Made by a program: the position numbers and the translations under genes
Notes under the pieces: generated by a model
What the model saw: the letters and a program-made list of their open reading frames with translations, nothing else
Databases searched by the model: none
Told to the model about the DNA's origin: nothing
NCBI RefSeq assembly: GCF_020745735.1
Contig: NC_083405.1
Span: 63,702,345-63,766,344 of the forward strand
From: Hemiscyllium ocellatum
Lineage: Eukaryota
Direction: 5' to 3'
Length of the DNA stretch: 64,000 nucleotides
Part shown: positions 1-12,684 of the stretch, one piece after another
How the letters are laid out: every line of letters starts with the position of its first letter
Position numbering within the stretch: the stretch's first letter is position 1

Positions 1-1208
1 ATAGGTTACCGTCAGGGGTAGGAAATGGAACCGGCAGGCAGTGCAGGCATCTCCTGTGGTGGTTCCCCTCAACGACATATATACCGCTTTGTATACCATT
101 TGGGGGAATGACTTACTGGGGGTAAGCAATGGGGCACAGGTCTCTGGTGCAGAGTCTGTCCCCGTTGCTCAGAGGGGAAGGGGGAAGAGGAGCAGAGCTT
201 TAGTCATTGGGGACTCCATAGTTAGGGAGACAGATAGGAGGTTTTGTGGGAATGAAAGAGACTCATGATTGGTTTGTTGCCTCCCATGTGCCAGGATTTG
301 TGATGTCTCTGATCATGTTTTTGGGATCCTTGAGGGGGAGAGGGAGCAGCCCAGATTGTGGTCCACATAGGGCACCAATGACATAGTTAGGAAGAAAGGT
401 GGGGATCTGAGCTAGGTTGGAAGCTTAGAGCTAGAACAAACAGAGTTGTTATCTCTGGTTTGCTGTCCATGCCAGAGTGCGCGGAACTGAACACATGGCT
501 GCAGAGATGGTGCAGGAGGGAGGGTTTTGCATTCTTGGATAATCAGAACTCTTTCTGGGGAAAGTGGGACATTTACAAACAGAATGGTCTTCACCTGAAC
601 CAGATGAGTACCAATATCCTGGGGGGAGGGGGTATTTGCTAATGCTGTTCGGGGGCGGGGGTTAAACTAATGCAGCAGGGGGACGGGAACCTGAACTGTA
701 GTTCAAGTGTATAGGAGGTTCAGGGTAGCGAGGTCAGAGATAGGTCTACAAGGTCGCGAGAGGGCAGTGGCAATCAGGATGATGATTTGAAATGTGTGTA
801 CTTCACTGCCAAGAGCATCTGGAATAAGGTGGGTTAACTACCAGCACAGATTGGTACCTGGGATTTCGATGTTGTGACTGTTTCAGAGACATGGCTAGAG
901 GGGAGACAGGAATGGTTGTTTCAGATTCTGGGATTTAGATGTTTCAGCAAGAATAGAGAAGATGGTAAAGGGGTGGGGTGGTCGAGGGGGAGGTGGCATT
1001 GTTATTCAAGGGTAGTATTGCACCAGTTGAGATAACGCCTGAGGACTCATCCACTGAGGTAGTTTAGACTGAGGTTAGAAATAGGAAAGGAGATGTCACC
1101 CTGTTGGGAGTTTTCTACAGGCCTTCGAATAGGTCCAGGGATGTAGAGGAAAGGATAGCAAAGATGATTCCCAACAGGAATTAGAATAACAGGGTAGTTG
1201 TTATGGGG

Positions 1209-2006
1209 TAAAAAAGTGAGGTCTGCAGATGCTGGAGATTAGAGCTGAAAATGTGTTGCTGGTTAAAGCACAGCAGGTTAGGCAGCATCCAAGGAACAGG
1301 AAATTCGACGTTTCAGGCCAGAGCCCTTCATCAGGAATGAGAGGGTGCCAGGCAGGCTAGGATAAAAGGTAGGGAGGAGGGACTTGGGGGAGGGGCAATG
1401 GAGATGTGATAGGTGGAAGGAGGTCAAGGTGAGGGTGATAGGCTGGAGTGGGGTGGGGGGCGGAGAGGTCAGGAAGAAGATTGCAGGTTAGGAGGGCGGT
1501 GCTGAGTTGAGGGAACCGACTGAGACAAGGTGGGGGGAGGGGAAATGAGGAAACTGAAGAAATCTGAGTTCATTCCTTGCGGTTGGAGGGTTTCCAGGCG
1601 GAAGATGAGGCGCTCTTCCTCCAACCGTCGTGTTGTTATGTTGTGCCGATGGAGGAGTCCAAGGACCTGCATGTCCTCGGTGGAGTGGGAGGGAGAGTTA
1701 TAATGTTGAGCCACGGGGTGGTTGGGTTGGTTGTTCTGGGCGTCCCAGAGGTGTTCCCTGAAGCGTTCCGCAAGAAGGCGGCCCGTCTCCCCAATATAGA
1801 GGAGGCCACATCGGGTGCAGCGGATGCAATAGATGGTGTGTGTGGAGGTGCAGGTGAATTTGTGGCGGATATGGAAGGATCCCTTGGGGCCTTGGAGAGA
1901 AGTAAGGGAGGAGGTGTGGGCGCAAGTTTTACATTTCCTGCGGTTGCAGGGGAAGGTGCCGGGAGTGGAGGTTGGGTTGGTGGGTGGTGTGGACCTGACG
2001 AGGGAT
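1209..2006 (-). mobile_element. 5'-truncated Penelope-like element (Neptune-like): Cys-rich linker, GIY-YIG endonuclease and 3' pLTR
   Basis: Open frame PCNRRKCKTC...IYCIRCTRCGLLYIGETGR...RFREH...LEEERLIFRLETLQPQGMN. A 12-bp direct repeat GTTGTTATGGGG (1197-1208 and 2007-2018) flanks it and splits the host CR1 motif VVMGDFN. Confidence 0.92.
1303..1338 (-). ncRNA. Minimal type I hammerhead ribozyme motif in the PLE pLTR
   Basis: Minus strand reads ATTC-CTGATGA-A-GGGC(TCTG)GCCT-GAAAC-GTC-GAAT. This gives stem I ATTC/GAAT, the CUGAUGA core, stem II, GAAA, a palindromic ACGU stem III and a GUC cleavage triplet. Confidence 0.8.
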
Positions 2007-3886
2007 GTTGTTATGGGGGACTTTAACTTCCCCAATACTGACTGCGAATACTATAGTTCAAGTAGTTTAGATGGGTCAATTTTTGTTCAATGTGTGCAGA
2101 AGGGTTTTCTGACACAGTATGTAGACAGGCCAACAAGGGGTGATGCCATATTGGATTTGGTAATGGGGAATGAACCCAGCCAGGTGTTAGATTTGGAAGT
2201 AGGTGAGCACTTTGGTGATAGTGACCATAATTTGGTTATGTTTACAATAGCAATGGGCAGGGATAGGTATATACTGTAGGGAAAGATGTATAACTGGGAG
2301 AAAGGCAATTATGATGTGATTAGGCAAGATTTACAATGCATAGGATGGGAAGGAAACTGCAGGGGATGGACACTCTTGAAATGTGAAGCTTATTCAAGGA
2401 ACAGCTACTGCGAGTCCTTGGTAAGTATGCACCTATCAGGCAGGGAGGTAGTTGTCGAGAGAGAGCGCCATGCTTTACTAAAGAAGTTGAAGCTTTTGTC
2501 AAGAGGAAGACAAAGGCTTATGTGAGGATGAGGCGCGAAGGCTCAGTTAGGGGGCTTGAGAGTTCCAAGTTAGCCAGAAAAAAATCTAAAGAGAGGGTTA
2601 AGAAGAGCCAGGAGGGGACGAGAAGTTGTTGGCGGATAGAATCAAGGAAAACCCTGAGGCCTTGTATAGGTATAACAGGAATAAAAGAATGACTAGAGTA
2701 GAATTAGGGCCAATCAAAGATCGTAGTGAAAAGTTGTGTGTGGAATCTGAGGACATGGGGAAGCACATAATGAATACTTTTCATCTGTATTCACATTGGA
2801 AAAGGGAAGAGTTAGTGAGAATAGAGACATACAGGCACAAGAGTAGATGGGATTGAGGTTGACAAAGAGGAGGTTTTAGCAATTTTGCAAGATCTGAACA
2901 TAGATAAGACCCCAGGGCCGGATGGGATTTATCCTCTGATTCTCTGGGAAGCCAGGGCGGAGATAAAGATCAAAGCCAAAGGCTGAACTATGTCATCATT
3001 GTTGACAGGAGTAGTGCCAGAAGACTGGAGGATAGCAAATGCCATTCCCTTGTTCAAGACGGGGAAGTCGGGATAACCCTGGTAAATATAGGCCAATGAG
3101 CCTTACTTCAGTTGTGGGTAAGGTGTTGAAAAAGGTTATAAGAGATAGGATTTATAATCATCTGAAAAGGAATAATTTGCTAAAGGATTGTCAACACGGT
3201 TTTGTGAAAGATAGGTCTTGATCACTGACCTTAATAAGCTCTTCGAGGAGGTGACAAAACAGGTGGATGAAGGTAAGGCAGTTGACGTGGTGTATATGGA
3301 CTTTAGTAAGGCATTTGATAAGGTTGCAAAAATAAGGAGTTTCGAGATTGAAGGTGATTTAGTGGTTTGGATCAGAAATTGGCTAGCTGAAAGGAGACAG
3401 AGAGTGGTGGTTGATGTGAAATGTTCATCCTGGAGCTCAGTTACCAGTGATGTGCCATGAGGATCTGTTTTGGGGACACTGCTGTTTGTCATTTTATAAA
3501 TGATCTGGAGGAGGGCAGAGAAAGATGGATTAGTAAATTTGTGGATGACACTAAGGTAGGTAGAGCTGTGGATAGTGCCAAAGGATGTTGTGGGTTACAT
3601 TGGGACATAGAGAAGATGCAGAGCTGGGCTGAGAAGTGGCAAATGGAGTTTAATGCAGAAAAGTGTGATGTAGTTCAATTCGGAAGTAGTAACAGGAATA
3701 CAGAGCACTGAGCTAATGAAAATTCTTGGCAATGTAGCTGAACAGAGAGAGATCTCGGTGTCCAGGTGCATAAATCACTAGAAGTTGATTGGGCTGTTAA
3801 GAAGGCACATGGTGCGTTTGCGTTTATTGGTAGGGGGATTGAGTTTCAGAACCATGAAGTCATGCTTCAGCTGTAAAAGACACCGG

Positions 3887-4010
3887 GTGAAAGTGAGGAC
3901 TGCAGATGCTGGAGATCAAAGTCAAGATTAAAGTGGTGCTAGAAAATCGAAGTTTCCTGCTCCTTAAATGCTGCGTGACCTGCTGTGCTTTTCCAGAACC
4001 ACTCTAATCT
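3887..4010. mobile_element. Miniature fold-back PLE pLTR insertion in CR1
   Basis: Two oppositely oriented pieces homologous to the 1209-1340 pLTR (aagattaaagtggtgctagaaaa / ttttccagaaccactctaatctt). TSD TGTAAAAGACAC at 3872-3883 and 4011-4022. Confidence 0.8.
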
Positions 4011-5497
4011 TGTAAAAGACACTGGTAAGGTCACACCTGGAGTATTGCATGCAGTTCTGGTCACCTCATTATAGGAAGGATGTAGAAGCTTTGGAAAGGG
4101 TTCAGAGGAGATTTATTCGGATGCTGGCTGGTATGAAAGGAAAGTCTTATCAGGAAAGGCTGAGGGAACTGAGGTTGAGAGGTCACTTAATTGAGACATA
4201 TAAGATAATCAGACGGTGCCTTTTTCCTTGGATGGTGAAGGCTAACATGAGGGGACATAACTTTACATTAAGAGGTGATAGACTTAAGACAGATAACAGG
4301 GATAGTTTCTTTACTCAGAGTAGTAGGGGCATGGATTGGCCTGCCTGCAACAGCGTTGACTCACCGATGTTAAGGGCATTTAAATTGGCATTGAACATAC
4401 ATATGGATAATAATGGAACAGTATAGGTTAGATGGACATCAGATTAATTTCGCAGGTCGGCACAACATCAAGGACCGAAAGGCCTATACTGCGCTGTATC
4501 GTTGTACGTTAGTGAAAGTGCAGATTTAAATGCAATTATCCCATAGCCATTCTAACAATTTATATAATAATCAACATGCTACAGGATGTTCAGTATGTTC
4601 ATAATATTTAATTGCCTGTATTTTAGTCATATTCTCAGAACATTTATCTTATCAGGAATTTTATTAGAGTTTGAAGTTTCCCTTGCAAGTCATTTTTAGT
4701 TGAACAGCTATAATTCCTTCTAATAGGTGAAGCACAAAGATTTTTATTTTCATTCTTGTACATGAATAGACAGCATTTTAATTAGAATCTCAGAAATGTG
4801 ACAGTACAGGATGCAGCAGTTCAATGTTTGCACCAGTTTGTTAAATGATCATCACTACCTGGTGCCAATCTTCTGCTTTGGTCCCACATTATTTTTAGTC
4901 AACTAATCATCCAATGCCCTACTGAATGCTTCGATTCTACCTGTCTCCACCACACCTCCTAGCTATGCCAGTAAAAATGTATTTCCTCACTTTACCTTGC
5001 CTCTTTTGTAGACCATGTTAAATCTATGCCCTTATGCTTGTTCCTTGAACAAGCAGGATCAGCTTGACCCCATCTATTCTATCCAGCCCACTGACAATTT
5101 TGAAAATGTCTAACAGATCTCCTCCCTGATTCTCTCCAAGGAGAGCACTTAATAGTGGAAATTCTTAAAGCCTGACTTCAAAAAATTACTATGAAAAACT
5201 ATTGACTGTGTAGGTATTGCAAATCATAAACTGACCATTTATTAGCTTTTGCTCTACATATGAAACTTGTTAACTTTATTTCAACTGATCTATACTTGTT
5301 CCTAACTCCTTTCGTCAGCACATGCAAATAAGCAGACACGACAGACATTTTAAGTCATGTTTTCAAGTCAAATGATTCCGAACATGAACAGCAAAATAAT
5401 TTTCAAAGTTCCTATATTTGGTTTGATACAAAATAATGTTATCCATACATTGCATACCCGATAATGTTTGAATGCTCCACTCACATTACCGACTTAC

Positions 5498-5668
5498 CTA
5501 ACTGGAATAGTTCTGTCTCCTTTCCTCCTATCCATTTCTCGCTGAGGTACAGGATACCAGCGGAAGTTCAATTTCCAATTAAATCCACCATAGGTCATGT
5601 CTGACCCTGCCATGTACTCAAATGTGTCATCGCTAATCACATCAATTATTGGGCACACCACAGTACTC
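5498..5668 (-). CDS. GALNT1: GalNAc-T internal coding exon (171 bp), missed by the ORF track
   Basis: Reads ttttatcag|G AGT ACT GTG ... CCA GTT AG|gtaagt. AG+G gives Arg in frame with the previous exon. It encodes [56 protein letters not shown], essentially the GALNT1/13 sequence. Confidence 0.95.
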
Positions 5669-6195
5669 CTGATAAAACAAAAGCAGGTTTAAGAAAGCAG
5701 AAAATGGAGTAAAATAAATATACTTCATAGGTGTGATACAGCATTGAAAGGATACAGTAAAAAGAAGTCAAAAAGTTAAATTCTCTTTTCAGGGACGAAT
5801 CAACATATCGGGGATTATTTCAAGTTTATTTAAGCATTCAGTGTTTTTAGTATTTTAACTTTGCAAACACGTTCGTTTCTCATATTGCCAACAAACTGTT
5901 ATTAACATATTCCGTGAAGAGACAGAGAGCATTAGCAGTCCACTACTGGACAAGTACAAAAATTAATTTGAATGACCAACAAAATGTGGCATCGCTTTCA
6001 AACAGATGATACAAAAGTTTAGCAGTTACATTCCATTTAGTGTACCGGGATAAGAATATCACATGTCAGGATGGATGTACTGGCGTGCTTAAAGAGGCGA
6101 ATGAGGAAAATGGGCAAAGTGTTATGGTCTTAAGAGAAAACAGAGGACACATTAAAAAGAATTACAACAGAAGGGCAAGAAAATAATAAAGCATA

Positions 6196-6911
6196 CAGGT
6201 TGTTCTCCTATAACACTGCAGTTGCATTTCAGAGAAACCTCACTTAATAGAAAATCAGCTAATAGAAATAATGGGGCCTATGGGAAACGTCAGGTGGGGG
6301 TAGACCAGCAAAAAATAACACTCACGATTGCTCAAAAATCACCCAAAACTCAAACAAAGTATGGCACAGCTTGAATGAAGGTTTAAGTCATATATATCAA
6401 TGAAACAAAAGTAAGTTTAACACAATATATTTTAAAATATTGTTAATGCTGGGACAGAGGATCATCATGGTGTACATGGCAGACTCCATCATTCTTGTTA
6501 AGTGAGCTTTATCACATATTCTCCCCTTGCACTCAAAACGCTTTATAATATCTAGCTTCCCTTCCGGTGTTTCTTTTATGTTCATCACCCGCAATTATCA
6601 CCAGGATGCTTCTTGTTAACATTCTTGTCACTATGCCCCTCATTTTTCCAAAAAGAGGAATAATCTAGGAGTAGTGTATTTTTCACAGGAAGCTGCTCAA
6701 TGGATCTCTCTCAGAAAGCTGCTCTCTGTGCAGCTGACATTGGCGCATGCACAGAATGGCACGGAGATTTTAGTGCAGACATTGGTGCACGTGCAGAACG
6801 AAGCCCACGAAACAATCACTTGCTGGAATCGTGCTGCGAAGAGGCAAGCGTTTTTGAAAATAGCATTCCTTAATTCCTCAGCGACGTTATAAGTTATCCA
6901 AGAACCACCTG
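6196..6911 (-). mobile_element. Non-autonomous Tigger/pogo-type DNA transposon
   Basis: Imperfect TIRs ta|CAGGTTGTTCTCCTATAAC ... GTTATCCAAGAACCACCTG|ca. The internal minus frame KLDIIKRFECKGRICDKAHLTRMMESAMYTM resembles the N-terminal CENP-B/psq-type HTH of Tigger transposases. Confidence 0.65.
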
Positions 6912-7902
6912 CACATTCCTTATTTGATAGCTATACAGGAAATAAGGATGCATCAAAACCTTTTAGGAAAACATGGAATGTCATTATTACCTTATGTATC
7001 AACTGATAATTAATTGAAGAAACCATAATTTGAAAGACAGAAGGATATTTTTGATTTTCACCAATTTTCCTAGACATGATGAAAAGCAGCTCTAAAGTTG
7101 TTTCATGACAGTGAGGGATGCTGTAGCTATTGCAATATTGATGGTGGATTAACTTGTGTGCCAATCAGATTCAGGTTTCATGAGAGCAAGAGATTTGACA
7201 GCCCAACCTATGTGAATACAAAAATGGGCTTCAGATAGTAAAGACAATACATTCCTTATTATTGATGAGCCAGAAAAAAAAAGGAAAAAGAAATGACTGA
7301 ACTGGATTACTGTTAGTTTCAAAGGTCTCTCCAGATTATAAAACAAATTCCACTTCATCCAACACTGGGTTCACAGACTATTAAATAAATCTTTCTACTA
7401 ATAGATAAATTGTCTAGTTACATGAATTCTAAATTTAATAACATGTGGGAATGTCATTTTGAGAACTAGCCTCTACTACTGGTCTATCAGTCACTGGCTT
7501 GAATCACTATTACCATAACATAAAAATAGATAGAATAACATTACATATTAAAATATATTAATGTGAAAATAGCCTTTATTTCTCCTCACTTACGAGTTTG
7601 GCAGAATATTTATGAAATAAAATCTCAGTTATTGGAAAAGCATTAGATAACCGGGTGCCTAAGGAAGAAAGTTAGTTCAGTTTTTTTATACATTGCTTCT
7701 TACATTGAATAATGTTAGAACAAAATGCAGGCCAACATAGGACATTCCTATTTGGACTAGGTCCTATGTTAAGAATCAAATGTCCATCTAACATTCACGA
7801 AGGGTGGTCAAAAACTATTAATGACTCTTATAAATGTTAGCATCTTAATAAGAAGGCTGGTACACAAGAACCTTTAGAGTTGAGGGTAATTTGCACAGAT
7901 AG

Positions 7903-8062
7903 CATAGAATCATAGAGATGTACAGCACAGAAACAGACCCTTCACTCCAACTTATCCATGCTGACTAGATATCCTAAATTAATCAAGTCCCATTTGCCAG
8001 CACTGGGTCCATATCCCTCTAAACCTTTCCTATTCATATACCTATCCAAATGCCTTTTAAAC
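7903..8062 (-). mobile_element. CR1/HER1-type LINE 3' tail inserted in an older CR1 remnant
   Basis: catagaatcatagagatgtacagcacagaaacagaccctt tail, the same as at 17069 and 24975 and, on the + strand, at 20322 and 27590. Confidence 0.75.
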
Positions 8063-10104
8063 TAATGGAAAGAAAGAATAAGTAATGTGTTATTTTCAAA
8101 ATACTGCAGATTGCTATTAATAGGGTATTGCAAGGATTTGTACTGAGCCTTAGCTATTTACAATTGATATCAATTGCTCAGACAAAATGACAAAAGTATC
8201 CAAGCCTGCTAACAATACAACACTGGATAGAGTGCAAACTGTGAGAAGGACAAAAACAGGCTGCAAAGAGATACAGATAGGTAACATGAGCAAGCAACAA
8301 GGTGGCAGATGGATTATAATGTGAAGCAGCATGGACTTATGTATTTTGGTAGTGAGAACAGAAAACCAGAATTCAGTTTCACGCCTTCTAAAACAAAATG
8401 TTAATGTTTAATGGAATTTCAGCATATTCACACAAGGACAGAGAAAATTAATCTCTGGTATAGCCAGCAAGTAGGAAGACATTGAGGGGAATTAGAAACA
8501 ACAAAAGTTGCTACAATTGTCTCATTGTATATAGAATAGTTTGGTCTCTATACTTGAAGGAACCGACATTTTGCATTGCAGCCAAGGTTCACCACATTGG
8601 CTGCTGGGACGAAAACTACGTCATATAATAATACTAGGGAAAATTGCATCTACATTGTCAGTTTTGCTCCTTGGATTAAGCTTCAAGTGCACAGAACACA
8701 AAAGTTATCATTCAGTATTTAGGCTTATTTGCAGCAATCATAAATTCTGGGTTGACAAAGTGACTTAGAACAACTGGATTTTGATCATTTTCCATGTGCA
8801 TTTGCAATAGAGAATATGCTGCGCTTGATCAGGTATCTACCAAAGTCTTACTTTCATAGCAATACCTCTTCCCTCAAAACTATAACTTGTCCAGTTTTAC
8901 TTTTATTGAGATCTCGCCTTCATGTTTTGGATCAATCTTTGATTACAGATGTCTCCAAGGTATTCTGTTCCTTAAACCATTGCCTTTTCCAACACTCAAT
9001 GTGTATGTCACCACATGCATTCCTTCAACCGGATTCCTTCCAAAGGATGATTACTGGCTATGGCAGGTACTTGGACACAATAGCTCAAGCTCAAAACAAA
9101 AGTAAGATTGGTGCTTCAATTAGAGTTTGTCCCCTCAATCAATTTATTTTTCCTTCTCTTCTGTTCTCTTTTGTATTGTTCCTTTTTCTCAGCTTTGGAC
9201 TCCTGGCCTCAATGCACCCTCAGATTCCCGGCCCCTGAATCCTCAGCATGGAGTTGGTGAGGCATCCTCTCAGTCTGGAGTGGCAGTCTCTCAGCCCAGC
9301 TTGGGATGGCACGGCCGTCTCTCAGTGGTCTGAGGTCTTTCGGCCTATCATGGCCTCAGCATGGACTTTTGGCCTCAAGGAGACTCCAAAGTGGTCTCCC
9401 AGCCTTGAGAACCTTGAAGACTGGCGCAGATTGGAGGCTAGGTGGGACTGGGTGGGAAGAACTGTTGTTCTGAACTTATTTCTCTACTTGTCTAATTTAT
9501 TCCTACTATCTACAATGCTGGACTTTTGAATTATTTATTTTCTAATATTTTTCCTAAAAACTTGTACTGAAGAATCTGTACCTAGGTACCTTGTACCTAA
9601 GATGATGCTGTAAATGGAGACTTGTAAATTTTTCACAGTACTCATTTGAGTACATCTGATATAAAGCTAATTCAGTAATTCAAGTCAAGTGGTGGGCCAT
9701 ACGAGCAAGGGGTATACATAATCAGGTGATGGGTGCAGAATTGCACAGGATAACTCATTACAGCTGACAATGAGAAACTCATTGAAATTTCCCCTAGATT
9801 GACATTTATCCAACGTTTGGTAAAACTAAACTCATTGTTTTTAAAATTGCAATCCCTATGTTGGCAGGTGTAAATACTTATCTGACAAACTGGTGATGAA
9901 TTTGTCACTGTATATTTTTAAACATCCATTGATTTAAAAAAATGCTGGATGTCCAACTATTTGTATATCTTTCCTTAGGTCCGAAAAGGGGCATTGACCT
10001 GGATACTTAACACTGTTTCTCTTCAGAATCTGCCTGATCTGTTGAGTATTTCTGGAACTCATGTTTTTAATTTTAGATTTCCCACTTTGTGCAGTCATAT
10101 ACTC

Positions 10105-10410
10105 ACCCTAGAATGAGTGATTTCAAGACTGGGGACATATTTTTAAGATGAGAGGAGGAAAATTTATAAAGACATGAGGAGCATTTTGTTTTTAAACCGG
10201 AGTGGTTTACGTGTGGAACGAACTTCCAGAGGAAGTGGATGACATGAGTACAGTTACAATGTTGAAAAGACATTTAGATAAGTACATGAATAAGAAACAT
10301 TTGGAGGAATATAGGCTAAGCCTATTCAGGTGTGATTAGTTTAGTTTGGGATTATGATCAGCATGAACTGGTTGGACCGAAGGATGTGTTTCCATGCTGT
10401 ATAACTCTAC
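10105..10410 (+). mobile_element. CR1 3' end fragment
   Basis: gtgtggaacgaacttccagaggaagtgg ... gttggaccgaagg ... ccatgctgtataactcta tail. Confidence 0.7.
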
Positions 10411-12376
10411 AAAAGCCAGTGTTCCTGGATGGTTTTGTACCTATATACTCTCAATCAGTGATAAAGATTGAAATTGGCTCTCTTTTTACTGGCTGCGTTT
10501 GCCTTTTGAATCAGGTTCTATGCAGATCGAATATCTCTAACTTAATCCTTGATTCAAATACAACTAAAATATCCAATCAGCGTCAAGAGCATAAGGTGCA
10601 TGCATCCTTTGTGCATGCTAAATTATGATTACAAATTTTAATAGCACTAGAATCAGTACTTCAGGTTGCTAGGTCTAGGGTAGATGCTAAAAATTAGAGT
10701 CAGTCTTGAGGAGTGAATCTAGCAAAACCTTCCTCACAAAAAGGGTGGGGGTATAAGTTTGGAATTTTTTTTCCAAAAATGGTGACCGATGCTTGAATAT
10801 AATTAAATTTAAAACTGGAAATTGACAAAGTCTTATTGACCATATGGATTGGGCAATATGGACAAAGGTGGTGTGCGGATTTAGGTGTTACTGAATGACA
10901 AAACAGGTTTGATGGGCTAAATTGTTTATTCTGTTCTATTTAACTCAGTTGAGATCGGTGTTCTGCATTTGTATTTTTATACTATGAGCCCAAGGGATTA
11001 AATCAAGATTAAAACAATTAAACCTAACAAAAGCTAATTAAAGCAAGTAAGGCAGATGCTGGAGGTCTGAAATAAAAAGAAAGTGCTAGAGAAATTCAGC
11101 CAATCTGGCAACATCTGACAGAAACAGAGTTTAAGGGTTGTAAAGAGATATTAACTGAAGATAGCAACAAGCAAATGAAGACTTTACTAGAAATAAACAA
11201 ATACAGCCAAAGTTCCTTGTTAAAGGGACAAGGAATATTAAAGTGGAAACAGGGTGATGCTTCATTGAGTTTTGGAGTATCTCTTAAAAGGATGTTGGGA
11301 GGATAAAGGGTTGAATCTATATGTATGATATGTGGGATAAGACAATTTCGCACAGTTCTTGTATAGTATATAGTTGAATAATTTTTTCTTCTTGTATGTA
11401 AGAAACTTTGATGTTTTTTGGCTGAAATTACATTGGCAGCCTCTTATGAATATGGTTTCTGACCACCAACAATAAACAAGCTCCAAAAATAAAACTTATT
11501 GTCTACCAGGTGGCACTCTAGAATCTGATCTGCCCAGTATGAACACAGTCCATCACAACTTCATTGTGAGAAATCCAACAGGAAAAGGGAATAAAACCTA
11601 AGAAAGTAGGACTATTAAGAAAAGATTTAAAATAATATAAATCTGGAAATAAATCACTGTAGAGTACATTTATCTTTTTTAAAATTCTGTAAATGATAGA
11701 AGCACAGTTCACAAAGCTGAGAATCTGGGACACCAGGTGTAACAAATATCCTAAAAAGCTAAGGAAGCAACACAAAGTAGTTGGTATGAAGAATGCCTAA
11801 ATTAAGTTACTAAATATGCAGATTAGAAAATCCTCATAATTATTTAAAAATTTTGAATGTGCTCAGCTTTGCAATTCGCTCCAATAAATGGACATTAAAA
11901 ATAAATGCAGGAAATACTTTGGTCAGACAAAGTGAAATCTTATATCCTTGAAGCTTGTTTTTACTAATTTTATTTTTAAAAAACACCTTAAAAATATAAA
12001 ATGCAACAGTATGCACTGAACACAACTGTAACAGAAATAGGAGATGCCAAAATTAAACACAACACCGCATAGATTTAAGCTGGCAGCAATGTGCCCTCTA
12101 AGCTGCGTGGGTACCCAAATGGTCATACTAAGAATTCATACGTTTAAACTCATTCTTCGAAATTCTAGAGAAAGTTGGCCTAGTCTATAATCAATGCTCA
12201 TTGAAAAATCTCAAGAAAAGCCTAGTGATTAGTCAGGGAAATCTCTGTTGCCCTCCTCCTATGGAAATTGTATCCTTCCTTAGATAAGGAGATCAAAACT
12301 ATACGTAATGTTCCAGGAGCAATCTCATCACATCTTCCATGCAAATTAAGCACAAGCTGATCTCTTAAGGTAAAAA

Positions 12377-12505
12377 AAAATTGCAGTCTAGAAATCTGAA
12401 ACAAACAAAACTGAAAAATTGCTGGAGAAACTCAGCAGGTCTGGCAGCATCAGTGGAGAGAAAATATTGTTAATTTTTTGACTCCAGTGATTCTTCTTCA
12501 GAACA
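12377..12505 (-). mobile_element. Degenerate PLE pLTR remnant
   Basis: aaattgctggagaaactcagcaggtctggcagcatc ... cttcttcagaac, a decayed hammerhead core on the minus strand. Confidence 0.6.
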
Positions 12506-12684
12506 TACAAAAAAAAACTGGCTGACTATTCATCACAGTGAATCGAATTCATAAAATAACTCATTCAATATCCAGTGCAAGCTCATTCTTTGTTTTCTGA
12601 TTACTGTGTATGTTTACAGTCTTATTAATATTTGAAGCTCAACTGAAACTCTAATCATAATGCTTTTATAGAAATTATTTTTAC

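Larger units (their letters stand above)
1..4510 (+). mobile_element. Degenerate near-full-length CR1 LINE (ORF1 esterase region, ORF2 APE and RT, 3' tail) with two nested PLE insertions
   Basis: ORF1 SGNH-like ALVIGDSIVRETDRRFCG. APE motifs VMGDFNFP, DAILDL and SDH. RT motifs YRPMSLTSVVGK, DVVYMDFSKAFDKV and SKFVDDTK. C-terminal QFWSPHYRKDVEALERVQRRF. Many stops and frameshifts. Confidence 0.92.

Noticed and set aside
1833-2279. 148-aa plus-strand ORF and overlapping ORFs (1577-2026, 1698-1925) that look like a novel fusion gene
   Set aside because: They are antisense or off-frame PLE sequence running through the TSD into the CR1 APE domain, an artefact of nesting.
8816-9529. Cluster of 68-140 aa plus-strand ORFs
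   Set aside because: There are no recognisable domains or splice structure, and the region ends in a LINE-like 3' tail near 9570-9685.
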